DNA of 49,525 nucleotides, taken from NCBI GenBank assembly GCA_000934665.2, contig JYFJ02002894.1:1-49525 (forward strand), in the 5' to 3' direction. Made by a program: the position numbers and the translations under genes. Numbering within the stretch: position 1 is the stretch's first letter; each line of letters starts with the position of its first letter. This DNA is from Catajapyx aquilonaris. Taxonomy: Eukaryota. The notes beneath the pieces are model-generated. The model worked only from the letters and a program-made list of their open reading frames with translations, made no database searches and was not told the DNA's origin. Positions 37,301 through 48,011 of the stretch are shown piece by piece.

Positions 37301-40300
37301 GCAATGACTTGAAAGCACTAAGGTCAAATGGAAGTGTGTTTGGAACAAGATTAGAAGTACCCACCAGCATGTTTGAACCAACAATATGCACTGATGCAAC
37401 ATTTGAAGCAAAGTCCAGCACATGTGCAAAGTCACACCGTCCATCTGCCGAGTCAAGGGGAGGGGCAGCCAGCTTGACCCTTTCCGATATTGCAAATAGC
37501 TGCAGTGGTGACAGCTCAGGAGTACCATCTGGGGGTGAGTCAAACAAACTGGCAGCCATATCCCGCAGAAGGAACAGGGCTTCATAGTGGTGCATGTGGA
37601 GGAAGCGGGCCAGCACAGGTGGAAGCAAGGGTGCCAGGCAGAGTAGTGAGACAACCTGGCTCAGGTAGGAGTCAAGCTGCTCCCTGCGTTTGGCTACAAA
37701 TCGTGCAGAGCGGTTCCCAATCATCTTCTTTGGTGGCAGCAGCTCTCGAGGAAGTGCATGGCTCTGCACCAGGGAAGCGTGCATGGTGGCAAAGTTGCGA
37801 TAGCGGCGTGAAACAGTCCAGGTGGCTGATCCTGGGGACGAGACTCCTGAAGCACATTCTGGGCTAACCCACACCCGAATTTGGTAAAGTGTGGCACCTC
37901 CATTCTCAGGTGACTCAGATGTTGACTCGATGTGGGTGCGGAGGGAGTTGGCACCATGCAACTCTGGTTGGAAGCATGCCATCTGTGCAGTGACCTGTCT
38001 GAAATAGGGAAAATAATTTACTCATACCGCAATGAGCTACCTTATGTTCTAACAAGGAGAGTGAGGTGCAAGGTTCTAGTTGAAGTAACCCATCTGTTTG
38101 CTGAATATTCAAGTCACTTGCCCTTCAGCTACAGTCAATTCCAACACGTTACATTTGATGTGCCACTGAGTTTGCCCTACAAAGGTGCCCTTTCACACAG
38201 GTGCTTTTCATATGGGAGAATGTCCGTGATAATACTGTGACGAGAGTACTTCTAAATGATTGATACTGTCAGCAGGGTTAATTCCTGCCATCTACTTTTG
38301 AGGCTTGGCCATTCAACATCAACTTTTTGCAATGACAATAACATATCAACCACATTTACCGTTTGCAGTTAAAAACTCCATATATGAACGTGTCAGCCTA
38401 ATGGTCCAACAAATTTTCACCTCAATGAAATTAGACACGTGTAATGACTGAAATGCTAACTCAAGAACTGGAGGGCTGCCAGCTGTCCCCACTCTCTGCA
38501 GACCTGCGTATTGACGCAAGAGATTTATGCTTGTTGTCAATACCCCTAGTTGCCAATACACCAAGCAACTTTGCGTCATCTGGACCCCTACTTTACATTA
38601 CAAATACACCGTCACGTGCACGTCAAGGACGTTTACCAGGAGCTGTCTGGTCGTCTGCAAAATCGGAATCGTCCTACACTCGTGACCATATGTCATCCAA
38701 ATCTGGCCCTTCTTCTCAGGATGCCCAGCTCTCTGTAAATGGGGTGCGCTGGCCCCCGTCGAAAGACAGCGTACTATACGTGGTGCACCGGCAAGGAAGA
38801 GCAGGATTGTAGCGGAGGAGGAGCCAGAAGCAACGCCACAAGGAAGTGGAGTGGGCGCGGCCATGTTGGTTCGACAGGGGGCAGCAGGGGACAGATGGGA
38901 GGTGTGACGTCATCAAGAGTGGGCTGTTCAAACTGTTTCTTTGGCTTGCGATTCATGTTTAATTTATTTTTATCTAAACCAATAGTATTTATTACTGCCT
39001 AGACCACGGTCTCATAATGAGCTGTGGGTGGAGAGAGTGGGGTACATATGGAGTAAATCAAACGTCACACAGATCGAAAACGGAGAATTGCAACACGTTG
39101 CCTGATCAACGTCAACAAAGGCGATATATTTTGCATGCGTCGTATCGATGCTTTTCTGCCTTTTCCCCTCCTGCGGCCAAGGATAACCTCGGAGGTCAAG
39201 TCCAATGCTATAAACACCTTCCCCGTTAAAAACCACCCCTAATGATCCCCCCGGGGTATATGCCGAGGCCTCCGCATTGATTTGCATCGGGAACGTACAG
39301 ACATACGTTAGATATACATACCGTATGTATAAGATACCGTTATTCTTCAGGTCGTGGGCTCGAGGTCAGCAGTTAACTAATAATAATAGTCGTATTTGCC
39401 TTTGATTACAGACTGGAGTCTTCTGCGTATATCGGCGCAGATAGTGATTGGGGGCCCGTTGTTTGGCTTGTTGATGGGCAAGGCTTCAACCATCTTCCTG
39501 GCGCGGATATTTAATGATGCTACGACTGAGATCACCATCACATTGGTCTCGGCTTATTTCACATTTTATGTGGGAGAAGAGGTGCTGAGTAAGTACATAA
39601 TATCATAGAGATGTGGTTGAGGCCAGGTAGCCAATTACTTGCTTATCCTTTCACGTTGGTAATCTGTGCAATATTAGTCGATATATAGCCTCTGACAAAA
39701 TGTGTATTGTACTTTTCCGAAAGATGTGTCGGGCGTGCTGGCTGTGGTGGTGCTCGGAGTGGTGGTGAGTGCAGAGAGGACCAGCATTAGCCCAGAGGTG
39801 GAGAACCTCTTGCACCACTTCTGGGAGATGCTTGCCTATTTGTGCAACACGGTCATCTTTCTGCTTGTGGGAATCGTCATCACGGAGAGTGCTGCCAGCA
39901 ACATTCGTGAGCAAGACTGGTTCTACATCTTGGTGCTGTACATCTCCTGCAATATTATCCGGTTCGTCATGCTACTCATGCTGTCTCCAATCCTAACTCG
40001 GATAGGATATGGTCTGCCATGGCAGAACGCTGTGGTGGTGGTCTGGGGAGGGCTTCGAGGCGCTGTTGGATTGGCGTTGGCGCTTCTAGTCTCGCAGGAC
40101 GAACAGCTAGGGAAAGACGAGAATATAGGACCAAAGGTATGGCTTTTTTGAACGCTGCCTACTTAAGAACACCATCTCAACTCAACCAATAATCCGGTGT
40201 TTTGACAGATACTGCTCCACACAGCTGGGCTGGTGACCATGACGCTCCTCCTAAATGCTACCACCATGAACTCTTTGCTGGACATCCTGGGTATGTCAGA

Positions 40301-41698
40301 TATTTCGATGGGCCGCCGACTGGACATGTCAAACGCTGTGCGACATCTTCTTGACACCAAGGCTAGGTAAATAGACTCGAATTTATTGTTTACGCATTTC
40401 GCACAAGATAACAGAATGTGCCCATCCCATTGATTCTGTTAGGGCCACAAGCATGCTGAAAATGGACCGATTTCTGGCGGATGCCCGATGGTCTTTTGTG
40501 GACAAGGCCACCCTTATTGAGGATCCCTATAATGATTCAGACGTATGTACGTGCGTAAAGTGCGTGGTGTTCACCTCCCTTTTCACGAGAGAACCAAAGC
40601 GTTCATATTGTCTTTTTTGTCATTGGACCTTAGGGTATTTTAGACCAGGACGAGGATTACTACCTGTCAGTCCGGTGCACCAAGTGTCCAAATTGCAATG
40701 CCACCATTGCTTACGAGCCGTCACCTAAGGAACAAAAGGATATCGTTAACGAAGCGTGTCTTCGCATCTTGAAGGCTGTCAAGGTCTGAACACCATTATT
40801 TTGGCTATACTGTATTATAGATTCCTTTTACTGCTTGGGGAACTAAAATGGTTGAACATTGCTACTCAGATATCGTATTGGCGTCAGTATGAACACGGGA
40901 TGCTGTCGGAGCAGGCTGTGCGCATCCTGACGACGGCAGCATCCTTGGCGGAGGACCAGGAGGGTATCCTGATGGATGTGCAATCGCTGAAGAAGCAGTG
41001 GGACGTCCGTGGGATCATACCTCTAGCCAGGCGATACTTGGAACGCGCTGTTCGACGGGATGCTAGCCCACCGGAATTCGTGCCACCTACGGACCCGTGC
41101 GGACATACCACTACATGCACCTGCATCGAGGTGTGCCCTTGCGAATCCAGCCGAAACATCACCGGGACCATGAGGTCCATGTTCTGGAGCTGGAGGATGT
41201 GTGCATACCGGTTGGTCATCAGGCCATGGTTTGAGTTCTTCATATACTTGGTCATCCTGGCCAATCTGATCTACGCCATTTCCATTCTCATGCTTGAGCC
41301 AGATTATGGAACCACGATGGGAATTCTGATTGACCTGGGACACTCTTTGTTCATGACCATATACGTGGTGGAAGTCATTGTTAAGGTATGTCTAGTATTG
41401 TTGCAGATGCAGATTTTGTTCGCAGTCAGGCCAGAAGTGTTTATCATGAACTGGCATATAGACCTGGGTGTAACTAATGATGGTTGTTTTGTAGGTAATG
41501 GCCTTTGGGTTTCGCCAGTATATCAGCAGCCACTGGAACAAGCTAGATTTAATAGTGACCTTCCTAGCGGTCGTGGACCTAGTTATGGAATTGCTGGAAG
41601 CGGCGGAAACCAGAAATGCTCCAGCCGCAAAGTTGATCAAAGTCATGACACTCTTTCGCATGCTGCGAATTGTCCGCGCGCTGAGACTTATTCGGGTG

Positions 41699-41772
<74 letters not shown>

Positions 41773-44470
41773 CCTAAGACAACGGACACTATGTTCATAG
41801 CGTTAATTGTTTTATCCAGCCCACGCTGCCTAAGGTGGTGACTTTCTTAAATGCCCGTGTGAACGACCGTCTATTCCTGGGCTACGACGTTGGCAAGGGC
41901 TTCATTGTCGGCCATGAAGAGGTGATCAAGTACCTTCCTCACATGGTCGACAACAAGCTGACTCGGGAAAAAATGAAGGTGCGTATGGACCACCAACGCC
42001 TGGATGTGATAAAGTCGATGGGCTTGCTCCAGAGGCAGCATCCAGGGATAGCTATTGCTGTCAAGACGAGGCAGTCCACTAGAGCGGTTATTAACAACAT
42101 GAGGCAGACCCTGATTGAAATGAGAGGAGGTGGGCTAATAGGGGAGAAAGAGTTTCACAAGCTTCTCTCTATCCTCGAGGCTAAGATCAAGAAACTCTCA
42201 TCGATGCCCTCGTCCATTATGCCACCACCTGCGGAGACAATGCTCAGGCGAGTGTTATCTTACTCCAAGATATAAGATATAAAAAATAAATAAACATCCT
42301 ATACTAATGAAGAAGGGCTACGACATTAATACTTAATATTTTGCAGACAGATATCGTGGTTAAGCGGCGACGAAGACATGGCGGATTTCATCGTAGAAAA
42401 AGCCGAGCTGATGCAATTCGACTACGGAAATATGATCGTGCATGCCAACACACGCAGCACAGGCATCCTCCTGATTGTGTCCGGAATGGTCCGGGTGGCC
42501 TATACTCCGTCGAACGATACCATCCAGGATCTCATAACTAAGGGTGCTCTACCCAACGCGGATATCATAACAGGAAATCTGGACGAAGAACAGGAGGACT
42601 TCTTAAGCTCCGGCAGCCTGCTCGGAGAGTTGGCCCTCTTGAGCGATGCTCTGTGTGCCAACACCGTCACCTGCGAGACAGCCGTACAGGCCTATTACGT
42701 ACCTCTGCTGCACATGAGAGGGGGCTTTACAAAATTCTCCGACACAGCTCAGGGATTGAGGACTCGCATTTGGAAGTCAGTGGCACTCAGGGTGGCCGCC
42801 GTCATCCTCACCAACGTACCCGCCTATCAGGTGCGGTGCGGAGAAAGTCATCATTTAATACTGTACTTTGGGTTGGTGTTGACTTCTGTACTCTTAATCA
42901 TGTATATTTGCAGTCGTGGCCTCAGGATAAGATCAAAATGCACCTGGAGAGGTCATTCTTAATGAACATCGACCCCGGGCAAGCGCTGCAGGTGACCGAC
43001 ATGCTAGAAGACTTGATGCTGATCAACGGCAGGCTAATGAACTCCCACACCCGGGAGATATACTGCGCCCCCATGTACATACCACGTACCGTGCAAAAAC
43101 TGACTTTACCTCCTGTAAGTCGAGGTTTTTAAGCACAATGTATGATATCAATCCTCACTTCACACATCAGAGTTTGTCACTTTTGCGTCCTCTCTGACGT
43201 GAGATGAAGCTAGGGAATATGATGAGGAGACTATATGAGATAATTATGTTCTTAAGGAACACATGCATTTTGGATGGTCTAATGGCGTAAAACAGACTCT
43301 GAACCTTCTTTCATGTTTCTTTATTTCAGGCTGGGGAAGATTCAGAAAGACCGGTGCCGATGAAGCTGTTGGTCGTTCCTGCTCCAGATGTGGATATCGG
43401 TTACGATGGTACCGTCATACAAGTTGAAGCCAAGCTGTCTACCTGCCTTCTTCATTCCCATTCCAATAGAATGTCTCGAATGACCGTGAAGAGCAAGGCA
43501 AAAATGGTAGGTGATTCACATAGGAGGAACTCGTTGTTAACCAGAATGCGGTTCAGCAGAAGTATGGTCGAACCGTCTAATGAGGACACTTTTTAGTTTT
43601 AGTTTTACATGCCCAAAGTAGGTCTGAATTAACTTATAGGCCTAGGTATGCGTTAATAATAAAATGCAATATGATATACCCTCCTCCCAATTTACGCGTT
43701 TTAATGCTATACTATGTGTGATTGAAAAGTCAGTGTGCACATCGAACATCCATGAGTGATTCACCTTTGTGTGACACTAAGTGCTGGAAATGGTCATCAT
43801 GGACACCTAATATAAAATGCTGTTATTTGCAGCTTCTACTCTGTAGCTATTAATCCGTGACAATAGAATGTATCCTTTAACATTGCATCAATAAATAGCC
43901 ACAGCATTGGTCCAAAAATAAATGACATTAGATGGTCTTTTGAGAGAATTTGTGGTGTCCGACTGAGTAGGTTTCGCTGTAATTCATGACTTCTTGTGAG
44001 TCGACTGGATCTAGTGCTTTGGGAGTCACTGAGGGGCACCAGCATTTCGATGTGGTGCACCAACCTTTCAAGTATCTCAAGAAACTTCAAGCCTGGCATT
44101 TCGAAAACTGGAAACATCTGGCTTCTAGTGGGAACATCTTCTTCTGATGGGGGACTGAAACATGTCCCATAATGCTCATTCAATAGGTTGCAATTTCCAG
44201 TCCCTTTAATTTCTTACAAAGGTAAGCTCACTGAACGTTCCCTAGTGCACACTGACCTTTTCGATCTCCCGGTACCTCACTGAACCGTATTTTTGTCCTT
44301 GTCTTTTGCAGTCAAAGAGTAAAAAGCATTCGATCGGCAAGTTCTTTAGCGGCCGATTTTCTGACGTTAGTGAGAAGTGGTCACGAGAACTGGCAGCAAC
44401 ATCTAATCAGCGAACTACTAGGGAAGAAGATGTAGAAGTCGAAGTTCCCTCAGATCTGAAGAAAGGTTAA
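31335..44470 (+). CDS. SLC9C1: SLC9C (sperm-type) voltage-gated Na+/H+ exchanger with NHE domain, voltage sensor and CNBD, about 1330 aa
   Basis: Exons 31335-31596, 33601-33887, 33978-34257, 39412-39588, 39724-40136, 40209-40366, 40443-40542, 40634-40783, 40870-41385, 41495-41695, 41820-42247, 42347-42830, 42914-43114, 43330-43506 and 44312-44470 join in one open frame of 3993 nt. Motifs: FLPVLIFESAF, SATDPVAVVALL, IEGESLLNDG, WGGLRGAVGLALAL, ISYWRQYEHGML, S4 FRMLRIVRALRLIR, LGYDVGKGF, and CNBD GEL..L......TVTCET. The first and last exons are less certain. Confidence 0.93.
31816..32030 (+). mobile_element. tRNA-derived SINE, family A, 3'-truncated copy
   Basis: GTGGCGCAGCGGTAA A-box and GGTTCTATCC B-box-like motif. 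The body aligns with 4741-4965 (cccacggat..aaggtcccgggttc, cagactaa.ccacccggggag.tcac, gacattgcac). Confidence 0.82.
32567..33271. mobile_element. piggyBac-type fold-back MITE in SLC9C intron 1
   Basis: TTAA-CCCCTTGGCTACCAGATC ... GATCTGGTAGCCTAGGGG-TTAA, with ~335-bp complementary arms. Confidence 0.85.
35255..35588. mobile_element. Old degenerate palindromic MITE-like element
   Basis: gagaacatttctaaaa versus ttttagaaatgttct; gtgataataa...tctggatgaaact versus agtttcatccaga...ttattatcac. Confidence 0.5.
36606..37982 (-). CDS. NISCH: Nischarin-like PX domain plus leucine-rich repeat protein (458 aa), intronless CDS, nested antisense in SLC9C intron 3
   Basis: PX motifs WTVSRRYRNF and LLPPKKMIGN...AKRREQLDSYL; nischarin-type LQLFAISERVKL, DFAHVLDF, VGTSNL..NTLPFDLSAFKSL; LRRs (LDLSSN, LHLSQN, LDLSCN); GNPV....DYR and LDNEKASQKELDTVAVLQAL. 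The MACF start resembles arthropod homologs. Confidence 0.93.
   Translation of the reverse strand: MACFQPELHGANSLRTHIESTSESPENGGATLYQIRVWVSPECASGVSSPGSATWTVSRRYRNFATMHASLVQSHALPRELLPPKKMIGNRSARFVAKRREQLDSYLSQVVSLLCLAPLLPPVLARFLHMHHYEALFLLRDMAASLFDSPPDGTPELSPLQLFAISERVKLAAPPLDSADGRCDFAHVLDFASNVASVHIVGSNMLVGTSNLVPNTLPFDLSAFKSLRRLKFSNARPSMVTSADSPRRTVVDLVATDCQLTMLSEVLACDATHRDDVRHAWTHVESADFSRNELSHVDASITLLPLLRTLCLSNNKLCEIPAVTLPSLRRLDLSSNLIATAENVHTRLGNVTHLHLSQNHLSDLSGLSRLYSLVHLDLSCNKVEGIEEARHLSRLPCLDSLLLTGNPVATCVDYRVRVLHALAARAAELALDNEKASQKELDTVAVLQALDKAKERVT
38637..38870 (-). other. Probable first exon of the nischarin-like gene
   Basis: GC-rich segment with AACATGGCCG (YY1/Kozak-like) at ~38860-38867, donor CTG|gtaaac at 38636, matching acceptor tttccctatttcag at 37999, and a TGACGTCA site at 38905-38912. 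Confidence 0.55.
41699..41772. repeat. (ATT)n microsatellite in an SLC9C intron
   Basis: Directly visible, starting just after the donor at 41696. Confidence 0.97.
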
Positions 44471-45603
44471 ACATCCTGAGGCCATTAATACCTGCTGGCT
44501 GTCGGACTGATGTATGATGCTGTGCTTGGTTGGACGGCAGCGATGTTGAGAAGATTATGTGGCTCATGTGACCTTTCAGTTGACACTGAACAACTTTTTC
44601 ACATCCATTATTTTCTCGTGTTCATTTAATAAATCTCGAACTATTTATGCTGACCATTTTCATTTACCCCATCCTACTAATAAAGCTGTCAGGGTTATTT
44701 ATGTTCATTTATGGTCCTGACAGACAGGTTGCACCAGCAGATGTGGCACATTCCGAATCTGAGATTTTACTGAATCCCACGCTCGTAAAACAGCCCGTAA
44801 CAACCTCGCCATAATAGACTCTTAGTAATATTACATAACACTTTTAGGTATAAATTACGTACAGTACGTTAATGAACTGCATGCTACAACTGATGACACT
44901 GACACATAAAGAATATTATGCATTATGCAATGCGTCGCGTCAGAGTCTATATCCTCGTCTGGCCTATATGGACAAGTGGCGGTTGATGGTTTTATAAACT
45001 GTTCTAAATTGAAACGTGACCGAAGTAATGAATTCAAGTGCGATAATTACGCGGTGTATCCTGCGCGGAGATCTTGCCAAATTGCAATCGATAATTCAGT
45101 TGAGCCCCCAGTTTGCTAATGGGGTCAGTAATGTTGAGTGCACTCTTATGTTTGGACTCTCACGCTGATTATACAACCTTTCCTATAGGAATGTTTGATC
45201 CATTATTTTCAAGTATAGGTGTATAGAGTTTCTATAGTAGAAGTGCTACAGCTGCAGGATAGTTAGAGCTGACCTAGATATATAGGCTATTCAGGAGATG
45301 TTAGAATGTGACGCATGCGTGCCATCAAGTAGAATACATCATGTAAAGTTTTACATTCCATTAGGATATAACCAGGTTAGTCATTATGCAACCTTCCAGG
45401 TTGTTGTATACCTGCACAATGTAAAATTGGTCCCACGAGGTCGGAGGAAGAAAATTGCATAGTCAGGGACAGGCTACATTTCCTGCATTGCATTTTAATG
45501 ATGATGATGATGGAGCATTCAGGCCATGCGAACATATGCGTACTGCTGGCTGATATATCATCTTGATGTAATTATTAACCATTAAAAATGACATTGGGAT
45601 GTA

Positions 45604-45890
45604 CTCTCTAAAAAAATAGTTAAAAAACTCAAGTTGGGTTCTTTTTAACTCTTTTAACCTTGAAAGTGGTCATTACCAAAAATGAGTTATAATAACTCTT
45701 TCGCTGGAGTTAAAACAACTCTTTCAGTTCATTTCATCCTCCGAAAGAGTTATTCATTAACTCTTTCGGAGGATGAAATGAACTGAAAGAGTTGTTTTAA
45801 CTCCAGCGAAAGAGTTATTATAACTCATTTTTGGTAATGACCACTTTCAAGGTTTAAAAGAGTTAATTTAACTCTTATTTTTTTAGAGAG
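45604..45890. mobile_element. Palindromic AT-rich MITE
   Basis: TA-CTCTCTAAAAAAATA ... TATTTTTTTAGAGAG-TA. Inner ~95-bp arms form an essentially perfect hairpin centred at ~45755. Confidence 0.8.
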
Positions 45891-47274
45891 TAGGGAACCC
45901 TTTAATACAGCTGCATACAGTACGATGGAAATGAGTCAACGACAGAAAATTAAGAGGTAAATAAGAACGGTTATGTTTCATTATTGATACTGAAATATCC
46001 CAACAAACATATACTGTATCTCACCAGCCAAAATTAGCAACCATGCGCCCCCTTTTACTTTCTATTTAACAAGACCATATTATTTGCTTAAAAGTACTGT
46101 AGGCCTACAACTCTTTGCCTGGAGTCCCTTAACTTTTGTACAATTATTATCAGACGCCAAAGTCCCAAATATTTAAATGCAAGCCTCCATAATTACGGTA
46201 ACTCTCAAAAATTACCAGACGCCCCTACAATTGACACTTCTATACTATACTGTAAACACCAAAACACTGTCCTAATCCTAATGCGACACTGACGTAATTA
46301 GGATAAGCTGTACTAATGCATCCCTGAAAACAAGGTATAGCATCATCGGCTATGCACACACATCCCTTCTAGGCTCAGCTGCCATAAATGATTGATGGTA
46401 GCTCCGATGCCATCAGACCGCTCATATTCCTCTTGATAGAGCCAGTTTTTGGGCATGCAGGACAAACCAAACGTTGAGCCTACTCCAGCTTATAAGTGAT
46501 GCGCAGGGCTAGGGAGGGGTATGGATCGATCAGCTATGTGGGATTGTAGGGGGTGCGCATGTATGGGGCAGGCAGACCAGGCAGGCGTGCAGACCAGGCA
46601 GAAGCAGAATATGAGCGGCGGTTGCTACAATCGAATCTACGTAGGGGCGTAGGTCGGGTAAGCCTTGATCTACCTCAAGAGGACGGGAATTGCTGCTAGG
46701 TCATTTGACAGACACTGCTGCCACCAGCTGATTCTGGCCCATGGCGCTCACTCCTCTGCTGTTTCGTCTTCCAGGTCAGTTCCATTTCTATTCGATATCC
46801 CCGCCCAGTATCGATCCATTAGGAAACACTTATTTATGGACCCTTCATCCCGCATCCTCATGTTTGGATCTCCAGGTGATGCTTTACTTAGTGAGTGGTC
46901 GGATGAGCCCCTTGGCTGTACTGTAGGAATTATTAATCAAAGGAGCTTACAAACCGAGGTCTGGAATAGAAGCGCTTGAATAGTTGATGAGATGTAAATG
47001 TGAGCAGAAATTCGTACTTCTATGTAGAAGAGAGTATGCAGGTTCACACTAAATCAGATTTCCATTCGCTGATTTGTCATGGGAAGGCCCGTTAATCAGG
47101 CGCGTGACTGACATCCATTGGGAAGCTATATAGGTTGCAAAATTGTGTTATCATTCCTAATCTGACATGAACTGCATAAGTTGTCTACAGCTGAATTGGT
47201 GGTAAATTGATCCTCTTATTTTGCACGATCAGCGCTGGGTTAGTCGAATGTGAAGCGGCGTCTGTGCGCTTCGA

Positions 47275-48011
47275 ATGGAGGCCTACGGTAGAAGCGCATT
47301 CAAGAATGTGATTAAGGCCACCAACACACGAAGAGATGTCCGCTACAGCGAGGACACCATTGACAAACTGCTGGGTGCTCCGGACAAGGTCTTCATTCCG
47401 GAGAGATACGTCCCGGAGCAGGTCAGTGCCACTAGCATCCTATCGATCAGAGTACAGTACATCGAACCACATATTGGTATTCACACAGGGTCCAGAGTTA
47501 ACCCCGGAGGAGAAGCGGAAGCGACGCCAAAAAGCTGAGGACATATGCCGGATGCTGTCAGGAAATTCATCTACACGCGGGCCTACCGGTCTGTCTGCCA
47601 AGTCTTTATTTGCATACGATTACGTCACCTGTTTCCATACCGAGCACCCCATAAAATTGTGCACATGCACGCCACGCGGGGCACCATATGGGGGAACTCA
47701 CACATGCTATTATGCATCAGCACTTCTAAATTTCTGAAGGACACCGGTTGAATAGTGCTTTCCCCCCCCCCCCCCACTTACAGAACAACCGGTAGAAAAG
47801 GCGTCCGAGGCCAGCTCCATCACTGCCACTTCGACGCTGTCGTCGCCTTCGTCGTTGTCATCTGCGTCGCCGTCATCCCCGACGCCTAGATCGCCATTGT
47901 CTCAGCGGGTTATGGGGGGCCCTAATGCTGCAGCGGCCCAGAGACAGCATTTGTTGCAGCTCAACCAAATGTTGGCTAGGCAGGTCACAGAGAGGAGCCG
48001 ATTTGTCGCAG
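47275..48011 (+). CDS. Short protein resembling the C-terminal motif of PLEKHA5/6/7 (kramer-like); 3' end uncertain
   Basis: Exons 47275-47421, 47489-47588 and 47784-48011 (GT-AG, phases 0/1/1) give APDKVFIPERYVPEQGPELTPEEKRKRRQKAEDICRML...RQHLLQLNQMLARQVTERSRFVA, similar to the PDKVLIPERY...LSPEE...KKxExI motif of PLEKHA5/6/7. Possible last exon 48360-48394. Confidence 0.65.

Noticed and set aside
37012..37587. 191-aa plus-strand ORF and other ORFs overlapping 36606-37982
   Set aside because: Antisense or shifted-frame shadows of the nischarin-like CDS, with no motifs of their own.
40756..41841. 361-aa ORF with poly-Tyr and an overlapping ORF with poly-Ile
   Set aside because: Read-through of SLC9C introns; the homopolymers are the intronic (ATT)n microsatellite.
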